From Candidatus Puniceispirillales bacterium (GTDB lineage Bacteria; Pseudomonadota; Alphaproteobacteria; Puniceispirillales; UBA1172): a stretch of DNA of 64,000 bases. The stretch lies in the NCBI GenBank assembly GCA_049595035.1, contig JBMYKD010000002.1, forward strand, positions 109,667 to 173,666, read 5' to 3'. Every line of letters starts with the position of its first letter. The stretch's first letter is position 1. A model generated the notes under the pieces. The model worked only from the letters and a program-made list of their open reading frames with translations. It did no database searches and was not told the DNA's origin. Made by a program: the position numbers and the translations under genes. Positions 10,703-20,849 of this stretch are shown here, piece by piece.

Positions 10703-12042
10703 TAGGCGGTTTCTCCCTTTAACCTTGGTATAATTCTATCACGGTCAATCAATGGCAGTAAGGATGCCATATCAGGGCCCTTATCACGGCCTGTTAACGC
10801 CTGACGCAACGGCATGAAGACCGCCTTTCCCTTTAATCCGGTCGCATCCATGATGGCCTTTGCCCATTGCCCCCAGCTATCAGTGGTCAGATCACCATCT
10901 GGCAAACAGGTAATAGCAGCGGCAAGAACCGTTTCATCGCCAATGACAGGTTCTGTTGGCGCATGACAGACATTAAACCAGTCTGATAGTTCAGCCAGTT
11001 GATTGATGTTACCTTTCACGGCATCCCATAATTCAGCAGAAACACTAATCCCATCAAATCTGTCTTTGATGTAATCATAAGGCATTTCCGCTAGCACCTT
11101 ACCATTGATCTGACGCAATTGTTCCGGATCAAAACGTGGAGTAGCTCGGCCAAATCGGGATATATTAAACCCTGCAACAAGCGCATTCATATCTGTTTGT
11201 ATTTCAACCGGATCAGATGTACCCAGACGCGCCAGAAGACTGGCAATCGCCATAGCTTCTATCCCTTCATCCCGCAAACTGCCTATGGATAATGAGCCAA
11301 TCCGTTTTGATAAGCCTTCACCATCAGCACCGGCAAGAAGCGCAAAGTGACCCATTTCAGGCACAGGGTAGCCCAATGCGTCAAACAGCTGATATTGCGC
11401 GGCTGAATTGGTTGTATGATCTTCGCCTCTTAAAATATGCGTGATTTTATGATCACCATCATCAATCACCGATGCTAGCGTATAAATAAAGCGGCCATCC
11501 GCACGCAAGATCACCGGATCAGACAGACTGGACATCTGAATAGATTGCTCACCACGCACCATATCCTGCCATGTCACGGTTTCATGATGAAGCATAAAGC
11601 GGTAATGCGGGGTTTCCCCTCCGGCTATGCGGCTTTCAATTTCATCCTGAGAGAGTTTCAATGCACCCCGATCATAGATAGGCGGGCGACCAGCTGATAA
11701 TTGTGATTTCCGTTTGAGCGATAGCTCTTCGGGTGTTTCAAAACACGGATAGGCACGACCGCTTTCAATCAGTTTCTTTAATCCGGCGTGATAGGTATCA
11801 ATCCTGGCCGATTGCCGGTCTTCGCAATCCCAGTGCATGCCCATCCATTTCAGATCATTACGGATGCTTTCTTCGTAAACTGCTTCAGAACGCTCATCAT
11901 CGGTATCATCAATCCGCAGCATAAAACGCCCACCATTAGCGCGGGCAAAAAGATAATTCACAAGCGCTGTTCGCATATTACCAACATGCAGATGACCAGT
12001 CGGGCTTGGGGCAAACCTCACCAAAGGTGATGACATTATCAT
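10702..12042 (-). CDS. gltX: glutamate--tRNA ligase
   Basis: RFAPSPTGHLHVGNMRTAL and ...GLSKR..., 446 aa. Confidence 0.92.
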   Translation of the reverse strand: MIMSSPLVRFAPSPTGHLHVGNMRTALVNYLFARANGGRFMLRIDDTDDERSEAVYEESIRNDLKWMGMHWDCEDRQSARIDTYHAGLKKLIESGRAYPCFETPEELSLKRKSQLSAGRPPIYDRGALKLSQDEIESRIAGGETPHYRFMLHHETVTWQDMVRGEQSIQMSSLSDPVILRADGRFIYTLASVIDDGDHKITHILRGEDHTTNSAAQYQLFDALGYPVPEMGHFALLAGADGEGLSKRIGSLSIGSLRDEGIEAMAIASLLARLGTSDPVEIQTDMNALVAGFNISRFGRATPRFDPEQLRQINGKVLAEMPYDYIKDRFDGISVSAELWDAVKGNINQLAELSDWFNVCHAPTEPVIGDETVLAAAITCLPDGDLTTDSWGQWAKAIMDATGLKGKAVFMPLRQALTGRDKGPDMASLLPLIDRDRIIPRLKGETA

Positions 12043-13700
12043 TCTCCTGTCCCATCATAAACGGAAGTAATGGGAAAACGGCGATCCCGATAAAAGGCAC
12101 GCTTAGTAATTTTAGGCCCCGGAGCCGCCTGATTGCGTTTATATTCCGATATCCGTAACAATCGCGCACATTTTAGGACAATTGCCGCATCATAGCCATT
12201 GGCAATCAGATCACGCGGCGCACGCATATCTTCGACCAGTTTCTGCATGATATCATCCAGAACCGGATAATCTGGCAGGGAATCTGTATCTTTTTGATCT
12301 GGTCGCAATTCTGCCGATGGTGGCTTTTCAATAATGCTGGGGGGAATAATTTCGCCTTCCTGCCCCAATACCCCACGCGGATAATGGCTATTGCGCCACC
12401 TTGCCAGATCAAAAACAGTGGTTTTCCAGACATCAATTAATGGGGCATAAGCCCCGCACATATCGCCGTAAAGCGTGGCATAGCCAGTGGCATATTCAGA
12501 TTTATTACCAGTGGTGAGAACTAGCGCACCCGTTGTATTAGAAATAGACATCAGGGTAAGTCCGCGCAATCGTGATTGCAGATTTTCTTTGGCAAGCCCC
12601 GCTTCACCACGGGCAAAACTATCTGCCAGTTCAGTTTCCATTGCGGCCATAGCAGGGGCAATACTGATTTGATCAAGGCGTATCCCTAGCCTCTTAGCCT
12701 GATCAGCCGCATCATCAAGGCTGTCTTGACTAGTATAGGGTGATGGCATCATCACCGCTTCCACGTTATCAGCACCAAGCGCATCAACCGCTATGGCCGC
12801 CACAATCGCCGAATCTATTCCACCAGAAAGACCAAGCAACACCCGATCAAAACCATTTTTCTGCACATAATCCCGAACCCCCAGCACAATGGTTCGCCAG
12901 ATCGCGGATAACCCTTCATCGGGTTTTGTAACCGTGCCGGAAACAGTCCAGCCATGTGTATCCCCCGTGAGAGTGATCATGGTCAGAGATTCGGAAAAAG
13001 ACGGCAAATGACATCCTAGGCTGCCGTCAGGATTAACCGCAAAAGAGGCGCCATCAAAAATCTGATCATCTTGACCGCCAACCAGATTAGCATAAATAAC
13101 AGGCACTTTATTTTCAACGGCACGCGCCACCGCGGTCTGTATCCGCAGATCAGTTTTATCAGTTTCAAAGGGTGATCCATTTGGTGACAGAATAATATCC
13201 GCACCTTTTTGACAGATATGCCGGACAACATCGGCATGCCATAAATCTTCACAAATCGGAAGCCCCATAGATATCCCCCTGATCACCACGGGATCAGGCA
13301 TCACTCCATTAGCAAAATTACGCGGATCATCAAAGACACCACCGATAGGCAGACGAACCTTATCGCGGGTGGCCACCACGACACCACCGTCAAGAACATA
13401 TACCGCATTATAAAGGTTATCCCCTTCACGGCGCGGGGCGCCAACAATCATTGCCGGTGCATTATCAACGGTTAATTTAGCCAGTTTAGCTATGGCAGCA
13501 TCAATGGTATCCATAAACCCATCAACCAGCACCAGATCATCTAGTTGATATCCGGACAGATACATTTCAGGCACCATGACAATATCTGCCTGTCGCGCCG
13601 CCGCTTGCTGGTGCGCTTTAATAAGAGCATTGGTGTTTTCGTCTATCGCGCCAAGTTTAAAGTTCAATTGTGCGATAGCGCAGATAAGATGCGTTTTCAT
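12039..13700 (-). CDS. nadE: glutamine-dependent NAD+ synthetase
   Basis: N-terminal CN-hydrolase domain (...PEMYLSGY..., ...ICEDLW...) plus a C-terminal PP-loop (GLSGGIDS). 4-nt overlap with gltX. Confidence 0.9.
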   Translation of the reverse strand: MKTHLICAIAQLNFKLGAIDENTNALIKAHQQAAARQADIVMVPEMYLSGYQLDDLVLVDGFMDTIDAAIAKLAKLTVDNAPAMIVGAPRREGDNLYNAVYVLDGGVVVATRDKVRLPIGGVFDDPRNFANGVMPDPVVIRGISMGLPICEDLWHADVVRHICQKGADIILSPNGSPFETDKTDLRIQTAVARAVENKVPVIYANLVGGQDDQIFDGASFAVNPDGSLGCHLPSFSESLTMITLTGDTHGWTVSGTVTKPDEGLSAIWRTIVLGVRDYVQKNGFDRVLLGLSGGIDSAIVAAIAVDALGADNVEAVMMPSPYTSQDSLDDAADQAKRLGIRLDQISIAPAMAAMETELADSFARGEAGLAKENLQSRLRGLTLMSISNTTGALVLTTGNKSEYATGYATLYGDMCGAYAPLIDVWKTTVFDLARWRNSHYPRGVLGQEGEIIPPSIIEKPPSAELRPDQKDTDSLPDYPVLDDIMQKLVEDMRAPRDLIANGYDAAIVLKCARLLRISEYKRNQAAPGPKITKRAFYRDRRFPITSVYDGTGE

Positions 13701-13758
13701 ATCATTTTCCTAGCAGGAAAGACGAATGCTGGCAAAGGCAAAACCATCCGGAAAGCCG

Positions 13759-14901
13759 TTATGGGATAAGGAACTCACGCCCTTTCTTGACGCGACTGAT
13801 ATCACCATAGGCAATGATATCAGCAGTAGCATAGGTTTCTGACCATTTATTGGGAAGATAAGACCCACTGCCAATTAAATTGACCGGCGCATCTGCCAAA
13901 GCAAACACCCTACATTTTTCAGGCCCAAACCCACTGGAACAGACAATTTTGACCTGATCAAATCCATGTTTGTCCAGCTGTTCACGCATATGCCATGCCG
14001 CCGCAGCCGATACCCCTGTTCCGATCAAGTTTTTCAACTCACTATCCGTCCGGTAGGCGCGGATAGATTCGGGTTTGTTCCTGTCTAGAACAGCATAGGA
14101 TTCCTGAACATCCAGCCCTTCACAATAACGGCCACCATGTGTATCCAGCCGCAAGGATAGCTCACCAGATGCGGCCATATCAGAAAACTCCTCTGCCACG
14201 GCCAGCCCATCGCTTATCTCACATCCGAAATAGTCAACCAGCACCGTCAAAGGCTGATCCGGAAATGTTTTGCGATATAATCGTGCCGCTTCCAGTGTCG
14301 AACCTGCATATCCGATCAGCGCATGTGGCATAGTTCCGCGCCCGCGGGTTGCCCCGAAAAAATGAGCCGTGTGATCTGTGGATGATCCGATAAAACCAAT
14401 AGCATGATCATTTTTTTGTGCGATTTTAGAGCCAACCGACGCCCCATACGCCATTAATTCTGCCATATCAGACCCGGCACAATGGCGCGCATCCATGGCC
14501 AGAAAAGACACATTGGGCAGACTGACACACATGGCATGAGCATTATAAGCCGCCACACAAGCCGCCCCTATCCGTTGCAGGAATACCGTTTCCAGATCAA
14601 CCAGACCAGATAATGCACCGGAAATATAACAGATTGGCTGACCAGCGCCGACCCAGTTTCCTTCGGGATGGCAAAGATTGATATCTACCTTCATCTTGCG
14701 ATGCGCCATCATCGCTTCCAGCCAGTCAATAGCCATAGCAGGCGCAGACAACACCGGACGGCGCATGAACACAGCATAGGTGACATCTATATCACCATGC
14801 TTTTCAACAACCGCCTTGCTTCGCAAAAAATAGCTGTCGGTCAGACTGGGATGCTGTTCAGGCAAAGGCCCCGGAAACCGTGATGATGATACCATTGACA
14901 T
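13759..14901 (-). CDS. type II phosphoribosyltransferase, nicotinate-PRTase-like (short/archaeal type)
   Basis: DSYFLRSK near the N-terminus, plus GTMPHAL and LRLDT motifs. It lies next to nadE. Confidence 0.6.
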   Translation of the reverse strand: MSMVSSSRFPGPLPEQHPSLTDSYFLRSKAVVEKHGDIDVTYAVFMRRPVLSAPAMAIDWLEAMMAHRKMKVDINLCHPEGNWVGAGQPICYISGALSGLVDLETVFLQRIGAACVAAYNAHAMCVSLPNVSFLAMDARHCAGSDMAELMAYGASVGSKIAQKNDHAIGFIGSSTDHTAHFFGATRGRGTMPHALIGYAGSTLEAARLYRKTFPDQPLTVLVDYFGCEISDGLAVAEEFSDMAASGELSLRLDTHGGRYCEGLDVQESYAVLDRNKPESIRAYRTDSELKNLIGTGVSAAAAWHMREQLDKHGFDQVKIVCSSGFGPEKCRVFALADAPVNLIGSGSYLPNKWSETYATADIIAYGDISRVKKGREFLIP

Positions 14902-14940
14902 GCTCTTTAGTGTTGTATCAGGTCTAGGCCAGAGGCCAGC

Positions 14941-16335
14941 CTATGATGCCTTAGCCAATCCATCTCTGGATACGCGCCGTTTTTGTAAAAGATCAGCAAT
15001 CAAAAAGGCTAATTCCAGCGACTGGTTAGCATTAAGCCGTGGATCACAAAAGGTATGATAACGGTTGGATAAATCCTCTTCGCTTACCGCCTGAACATCC
15101 CCGCCAACACATTCTGTCACATCAGAACCCGTCATTTCAAAATGGATGCCGCCCGGATGCGTGCCAACCATATCATGTGATTTGAAAAATCCTTCAACTT
15201 CTGTAAGCACATCATTGACGCGGCGGGTTTTATAGCCAGATGATGCTTTTACCGTATTGCCATGCATCGGGTCACTACACCATACCACATCATAACCGGA
15301 TGCTTTTACCGCTTCCAGCATGGGTGGCAGTTTATCCATAATCTTATCCGCACCCATGCGACTAATCAGGGTAAGCTTGCCGGGGGTGTTATCAGGATTT
15401 AGTTTTTCGATCAAACGCAGCAAATCATCCGTTTCCATAGATGGCCCACATTTCAGGCCAATAGGATTTTTGATCCCGCGCATATATTCAACATGAGCTC
15501 CATCGATCTGGCGGGTGCGATCACCAATCCAGATCATATGTGCCGAGGTTGAAAAATACCCCCCTTCATCAGTCAGGGTATCTTTACGGGTAAAGGCTTC
15601 TTCATAATTAAGCAATAAGGCTTCATGGCTTGTATAGAATTCGGTTTCGCGCAATGGCAAGGTCGTCTTACTAGAAACACCGCAAGCATGCATAAAGTTC
15701 AAGCAGTCATCAATCTGGTTAGCAATTTCTTCATATCGTTGTGCCTGACTGGAATCAGAAATGAAATCAAGTGTCCATCCATGGACTTTTTCAAGGTCTG
15801 CCAGACCACCAGAAGCAAATGCCCGCAACAGATTTAACGTTGATGCTGATTGATGATATCCTTCCAGCATCCGCATCGGGTCAGGTATCCGTGCGGCCGG
15901 CGTGAAGGCATTACCATTAACCATATCGCCGCGATAGCTAGGTAATTCCACCCCGTCAATCACTTCAACCGGTGATGACCGTGGCTTGGCAAACTGTCCG
16001 GCAATCCGACCGACCTTAATCACAGGCATGGATGCCCCGAATGTCAGAACAACAGCCATTTGCAGAAAAAGCTTAAAGGTATCGCGAATGCGATTAGCCG
16101 AAAAATCATCAAAGCTTTCCGCGCAATCACCACCCTGAAGCAGAAAGGCTTTCCCCAAAGCTACATCAGCCAGTCTTTCCCGCAATGCCATCACTTCGCC
16201 AGCAAACACAAGCGGCGGCATTGATGCCAGTTTCGTTTCAACGGCTTTCAGTTTGTCCTGATCATCATATTCAGGCACCTGTAAAATCGGCAATTTACGC
16301 CAGGAAGTCGGTGTCCAGCCCATCATTAACCCCAT
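14941..16335 (-). CDS. class II (plant-like) DAHP synthase
   Basis: About 460 aa with ...[14 protein letters not shown]..., ...QGGDCAESF... and ...[12 protein letters not shown]... Confidence 0.9.
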   Translation of the reverse strand: MGLMMGWTPTSWRKLPILQVPEYDDQDKLKAVETKLASMPPLVFAGEVMALRERLADVALGKAFLLQGGDCAESFDDFSANRIRDTFKLFLQMAVVLTFGASMPVIKVGRIAGQFAKPRSSPVEVIDGVELPSYRGDMVNGNAFTPAARIPDPMRMLEGYHQSASTLNLLRAFASGGLADLEKVHGWTLDFISDSSQAQRYEEIANQIDDCLNFMHACGVSSKTTLPLRETEFYTSHEALLLNYEEAFTRKDTLTDEGGYFSTSAHMIWIGDRTRQIDGAHVEYMRGIKNPIGLKCGPSMETDDLLRLIEKLNPDNTPGKLTLISRMGADKIMDKLPPMLEAVKASGYDVVWCSDPMHGNTVKASSGYKTRRVNDVLTEVEGFFKSHDMVGTHPGGIHFEMTGSDVTECVGGDVQAVSEEDLSNRYHTFCDPRLNANQSLELAFLIADLLQKRRVSRDGLAKAS

Positions 16336-16453
16336 TGCATAAGTAATAAATCATAATAGCAGTAATTTTGTTTGTTTGACAATGGTTTAGCAAAAGCAGC
16401 CTGCCAAAAGAGAATTCTCGCAAAACCCATGATAACCCTGATTTGGTTTTTCG

Positions 16454-17815
16454 CTATTCCCCTCTAGCGGTACGCATCGTCACAAATTCCTCAGCGGCAG
16501 TGGGATGAATGCCAATTGTGGCATCAAAATCCGCTTTTGTCGCCCCAGCTTTAATGGCAATGGCTATACCCTGAATAATTTCCGCTGCATCAGGGCCCAG
16601 CATATGAACACCAATGACTTTATCATCAGCGGTATCTACAATCAGCTTCATTAGCGTTTTTTCATTCCTTCCCGAAATGGTATTTTTCATCGCCCTGAAT
16701 GATGCCGCATAAACATTGATAGACAACCCCTGATCCTTTGCCTGTTCTTCTGTTAATCCAACAGTAGCAAGAGGCGGCTGGCTAAATACAGCCGATGGAA
16801 CATTTTCGTAATCCATCCGGCGTTCATGCTGACCATAAAAACGGTCAGCAAAAATATGGCCTTCGGCGATAGCCACTGGCGTCAGATTAATCCGGTCAGT
16901 CACATCACCGATTGCATAAATCGACGGAACCGAGGATTGCCCCTGATCATCAACCTTTATGGCATTCTTATCGGTTAGCGTGACCCCCTGTTCTGATAAG
17001 CCTAGCCCATCAATATTCGGCATACGGCCGGTTGCCGCCATCACAACATCTGCATGGAGTTCAGCACCATTATCAAGCGTGATTGTTTTCAGACCTGCAT
17101 CAGCATGAACAGAGGTGATATTTGCCCCGGCATGAAGCATGATACCGCGGTCCTGCATGGCGGTCATAAGCCCTTGCCGCATATCAGTATCAAAGCCACG
17201 CAAAGGTTGATCAGCCCGGAATACCAGATGCGTTTTCACCCCAAATCCGGCAAATATCCCAGCGAATTCCACCGCAATATAACCGCTTCCCAGAATGACA
17301 ATCTCATCAGGGCGTTGCGCCAGATCAAGCGCTTCATTCGAGCTGATAGCGTGTTCCCGCAAGCCCGGTATATCCGGAATAAGCGGCCAACCGCCAACAG
17401 CAATCAGGATACGTTCTGCCGTCCATGTTTTGCCATCTACTGTGACTTCATGGGCACCAGTAACCTTGCCGCGACCGTGAAGCACAGTGACGCCGGCATT
17501 ATCCATCAGGCCCTGATAGATACCTGCCAGCCGATCAAGTTCATTATTCTTGGCCATAATCAGGGCAGGCCAGTCATGTACCGGTTCTGTCACATGCCAG
17601 CCAAATCCGGCAGCATCGGCAAAATCACTGGAAAACGCTGAACCATATACCAATAGCTTTTTCGGAACACATCCGCGCAAAACACATGTGCCGCCTAACC
17701 TGTCCTCTTCAACAACAGCTACACGCGCCCCATGTCCTGCCGCTATCCTGCTTGCGCGAACGCCGCCAGAACCACCACCAATAGTGATCAGATCAAAATC
17801 ATAGATGGGTGCCAT
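16454..17815 (-). CDS. gor: glutathione-disulfide reductase (class I pyridine-nucleotide disulfide oxidoreductase)
   Basis: GGGSGG FAD motif, redox CVLRGCVPKK and C-terminal HPTAAEE. The ATG at 17815 follows GAGGAG. The track ORF is 37 codons longer. Confidence 0.85.
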   Translation of the reverse strand: MAPIYDFDLITIGGGSGGVRASRIAAGHGARVAVVEEDRLGGTCVLRGCVPKKLLVYGSAFSSDFADAAGFGWHVTEPVHDWPALIMAKNNELDRLAGIYQGLMDNAGVTVLHGRGKVTGAHEVTVDGKTWTAERILIAVGGWPLIPDIPGLREHAISSNEALDLAQRPDEIVILGSGYIAVEFAGIFAGFGVKTHLVFRADQPLRGFDTDMRQGLMTAMQDRGIMLHAGANITSVHADAGLKTITLDNGAELHADVVMAATGRMPNIDGLGLSEQGVTLTDKNAIKVDDQGQSSVPSIYAIGDVTDRINLTPVAIAEGHIFADRFYGQHERRMDYENVPSAVFSQPPLATVGLTEEQAKDQGLSINVYAASFRAMKNTISGRNEKTLMKLIVDTADDKVIGVHMLGPDAAEIIQGIAIAIKAGATKADFDATIGIHPTAAEEFVTMRTARGE

Positions 17816-17943
17816 TACATATCTCCTCAAGCCTAGTGATACGCGGCTAACCTGAAAAAATCTATGATAAAATCCGTAATTTTCCGATATGATGACCTTA
17901 TGCTGATATCCTGCCAAAGACGGCATTGATGATGCAGGACATG

Positions 17944-18405
17944 CTAATGTACCAACCCCGGCGGCAAAAGCGTATCCATATCCGGCCGTTCGGGACGGTC
18001 ACCATAATCACCTGATATAGCAGTCGATAAACGGATATAGTCAATCAATTGCCACATGCCGGAAATTAACTCAATCATCTGTTCCGGCGTCATGGCAAAA
18101 ATTGATATCTTGGAATAAATGGAAAAGGTCACAGGCCCCGGGCAAATACCATAACCATCAAGTGTTGTTCCAATAATATTTTCAAGCAGCATAGAGGTCA
18201 GAATAGGTGTGTAAATCGGCTCACCTGAGGTTTTGATAAACGTCCCGTATATCAGGACTTCATCTATGCTTATCAACGGGTCAATCTGTATCGGAAAATG
18301 ATTGTCATCCCCTAATACCCAGTGACCATTATCGGAATGTGAAATTTTACCTAGATCATGGTCACCCATTTCATCAAGGGAAAGTATCAGCGCATGTACT
18401 GTCAT
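17944..18405 (-). CDS. hypothetical protein with a possible CesT/SycE-like (secretion-chaperone) fold
   Basis: 153-167 aa and acidic. By eye the pattern matches CesT-type chaperones (see findings). The ATG at 18405 follows GAGGA at 5 nt. Confidence 0.4.
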   Translation of the reverse strand: MTVHALILSLDEMGDHDLGKISHSDNGHWVLGDDNHFPIQIDPLISIDEVLIYGTFIKTSGEPIYTPILTSMLLENIIGTTLDGYGICPGPVTFSIYSKISIFAMTPEQMIELISGMWQLIDYIRLSTAISGDYGDRPERPDMDTLLPPGLVH

Positions 18406-18569
18406 AATCATCCTCACTATTGCCTGCAAACATGCAAATTTGGACAATTATTGATTAACTATATATTAACCTTTTTAAAGAAGATGATTGTTTACATTAA
18501 CAACCTCTAATGCAAATGAATAGTCTTAAGTGACATCATAGCATCAGCAACTTAATCAATGTAATTAAA

Positions 18570-18604
18570 CAAAAAAATAGTATGGTAATTTCTCACCATA
18601 CTAT
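18570..18604 (-). terminator. rho-independent terminator candidate for the GST gene
   Basis: Perfect 10-bp stem ATAGTATGGT/ACCATACTAT (18577-18586 and 18595-18604) with an 8-nt loop, followed on the minus strand by a T7 run. It lies 70 nt after the GST stop. The stem is AT-rich. Confidence 0.55.
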
Positions 18605-18673
18605 AAATATAAAAAAATCTTAAATTAATAATCGGTATTTTATTATGATATAAAGTCCATTATTAACGATAAT

Positions 18674-19315
18674 TTAACGCCATTCGGCGGGATCGATATC
18701 ATCCGGTAGTGTTGCTTTATAACTAGGCACATTGGCGGAAAATGCCATCATCCACTGCGTCAGCGATGGACAGTAATCCCGCCAGTCAATCTGCTTTCTG
18801 TAATCATAGTGATCAAGAGCACAAGCCAGAGCAATTTCTGCGGCGGTTGGCGTGGCACCATTGGTATAGGTGGGGTTTTCCGCTTTAATCTGGGCAAAAC
18901 TGCGCGTGATTTTTTCACGCTGATAATCCACAAAACTTTCCACCCGCATATTTTCAGGGCGGAACCGGCCTTCATAAACAATCAGAATCCCAGCATCAAG
19001 CATCCCTATCACACGCGACAGCGCCGTTTTTGAACGGATGCAATCCATACCTGTTCCGGGGAACAGAATACTATTCCCATGTTCTGCGCAATGCCGCTGA
19101 TCTAGGTAATCCAGTATCACGCGGGTATCGTAAAGCACGTCATCACCTACCAGTAATGCTGGTATCTTTCCAAGAGGATTCTGCTGGCGTAAATTATCAT
19201 TTGGATCATTGGTATCAGCCGCCACAACAGTCAATTCATCTGACAAGCCAAGCACATCAGCGGCGATTTTGACCATCCGGCCAAATGGGGAAGGCATAGA
19301 AGTTCTAAGGATCAT
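18674..19315 (-). CDS. glutathione S-transferase family protein
   Basis: ...NPLGKIPALLVGDDVLYDTRVILDYL... GST N-domain. Start chosen at MILRTSMPSPFG (19315). Confidence 0.75.
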   Translation of the reverse strand: MILRTSMPSPFGRMVKIAADVLGLSDELTVVAADTNDPNDNLRQQNPLGKIPALLVGDDVLYDTRVILDYLDQRHCAEHGNSILFPGTGMDCIRSKTALSRVIGMLDAGILIVYEGRFRPENMRVESFVDYQREKITRSFAQIKAENPTYTNGATPTAAEIALACALDHYDYRKQIDWRDYCPSLTQWMMAFSANVPSYKATLPDDIDPAEWR

Positions 19316-19454
19316 TATCTTATCTCTCTTACTTTCGTTTAAACTAGACCATGGCACTAATTCCCAAACCTGTCTAGCATTGGATTGCACCATTGGCAGG
19401 ATCGCGTTAAGTTTACATATTCAAAAAAGCATTCTTCAAACAGGAGTATAAATC

Positions 19455-20318
19455 ATGGCAAAACTTGCTTTTCTAGGATTAGGAGTCATGGGGTATCCCA
19501 TGGCCGGGCATCTTCAACAGGGTGGGCATGATGTCACGGTTTATAACCGGACAAAATCAAAGGCAGAAGCATGGATAAAAGAACATGGTGGCCAGATGGC
19601 TGACACCCCTGCTGAAGCCGCAAGGGATGCCGATATCGTCTTTTGCTGTGTTGGAGCAGACAAAGACCTTTATGCAGTAACAACCGGCAAAGATGGCGCC
19701 TTTTCCAGCATGAAACCCGGCAGTATTTTTGTTGATAACACCACCGCATCAGCAGAAGCCGCGCGAACACTGGATGCCGCGGCAAGGGAAAATCATCTTC
19801 ATATGATCGATGCCCCTGTTTCAGGCGGACAGGCCGGAGCAGAAGGCGGCACCCTCACCGTTATGTGTGGCGGCGAAGACCCGATTTTTGAAAAAGTGAA
19901 ACCCGTTATTTCATGCTATGCCGCAAAAGTCATTCTGATTGGTGCATCAGGCGCCGGTCAGCTCACCAAAATGGTCAACCAGATATGCATTGCGGGATTG
20001 GTACAGGCATTATCCGAGGCTATCAATTTTGGTCAACGCGCTGATCTGGATATGGATAAGGTGCTTGACGTCATTTCAGGTGGCGCGGCGCAATCATGGC
20101 AAATGGTCAATCGCGGCTCAACCATGGCGGCGGATGAGTTTGATTTTGGCTTTGCGCTAGACTGGATGATCAAGGATTTAGGCATGTGCATGGCCGAAGC
20201 AAAGAAAAATGGCTCAACTCTGCCTGTTACAGCCTTAGTGGCGCAATATTACGCCCAGCTTTCCGATCGCGGATTTGGCCGCAACGATACATCTGCTTTG
20301 ATCAGGTTATTGCGGTAA
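19455..20318 (+). CDS. NAD(P)-dependent 3-hydroxyisobutyrate / tartronate-semialdehyde / glyoxylate reductase family oxidoreductase
   Basis: FLGLGVMGYPMAGHL Rossmann motif, ...DAPVSGG... and ...KDLG... signatures of the beta-hydroxyacid dehydrogenase family. Confidence 0.8.
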   Translation: MAKLAFLGLGVMGYPMAGHLQQGGHDVTVYNRTKSKAEAWIKEHGGQMADTPAEAARDADIVFCCVGADKDLYAVTTGKDGAFSSMKPGSIFVDNTTASAEAARTLDAAARENHLHMIDAPVSGGQAGAEGGTLTVMCGGEDPIFEKVKPVISCYAAKVILIGASGAGQLTKMVNQICIAGLVQALSEAINFGQRADLDMDKVLDVISGGAAQSWQMVNRGSTMAADEFDFGFALDWMIKDLGMCMAEAKKNGSTLPVTALVAQYYAQLSDRGFGRNDTSALIRLLR

Positions 20319-20320
20319 GT

Positions 20321-20761
20321 TTAGAGCGTGGCATCAAGTGCGGTGATTTTAATCGCCGCATCAGCCGCTTCAACACCTTTTTTGACAAAATGTTTTGCAA
20401 AAAACTCAATCATTTCGGGGTTTTCCTGAAAATTATGAGGAGTTAAGACAACCGATAATACAGGCACACCTGTATCAAGCATGGCCCGCATCAGCCCGTC
20501 TAATACCGTTGCGGCAACAAAATCATGGCGATAGATACCACCATCCACCACAAAGGCACAACCGGCAATAGCCGCGTATTTTCCGCTTTCGGCCAGTTTT
20601 TTTGCCACCATAGGAATTTCCAGCGCACCCGGAACATCATAAACATCAATGTGATCAGCCGGAATTTTCTGCTGAAACCCTGCTAATGCCTGATCTACAA
20701 TATCACTATGCCAGTTGGCTTTGATAAATGCATAACGTGGAGCAGATTGTGGTGCGGACAT
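20321..20761 (-). CDS. ribH: 6,7-dimethyl-8-ribityllumazine synthase, RibH2-like (type II)
   Basis: ...IKANWHSDIVD...VPGALEIP...FVVDGGIYRHDFVA...VLSVVLTPHNF... closely parallels Brucella-type RibH2. Confidence 0.78.
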   Translation of the reverse strand: MSAPQSAPRYAFIKANWHSDIVDQALAGFQQKIPADHIDVYDVPGALEIPMVAKKLAESGKYAAIAGCAFVVDGGIYRHDFVAATVLDGLMRAMLDTGVPVLSVVLTPHNFQENPEMIEFFAKHFVKKGVEAADAAIKITALDATL

Positions 20762-20849
20762 GGGCTTATTCTCCTATATTGGATCAATATCACGGCGTGA
20801 GTATCTACATCTATATAGGTAGGTAATACGGATGAATTAAGCAAGCGGT

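Noticed and set aside
18426-18440. An identical 15-mer, GCAAACATGCAAATT, occurs at 18426-18440 (upstream of the CesT-like ORF) and at 58086-58100 (upstream of thrS).
   Set aside because: With about 4e9 position pairs (both strands) in 64 kb and a probability of 4^-15 per pair, a few exact 15-mer matches are expected by chance. The flanks do not extend the match, and the two genes have no obvious link.
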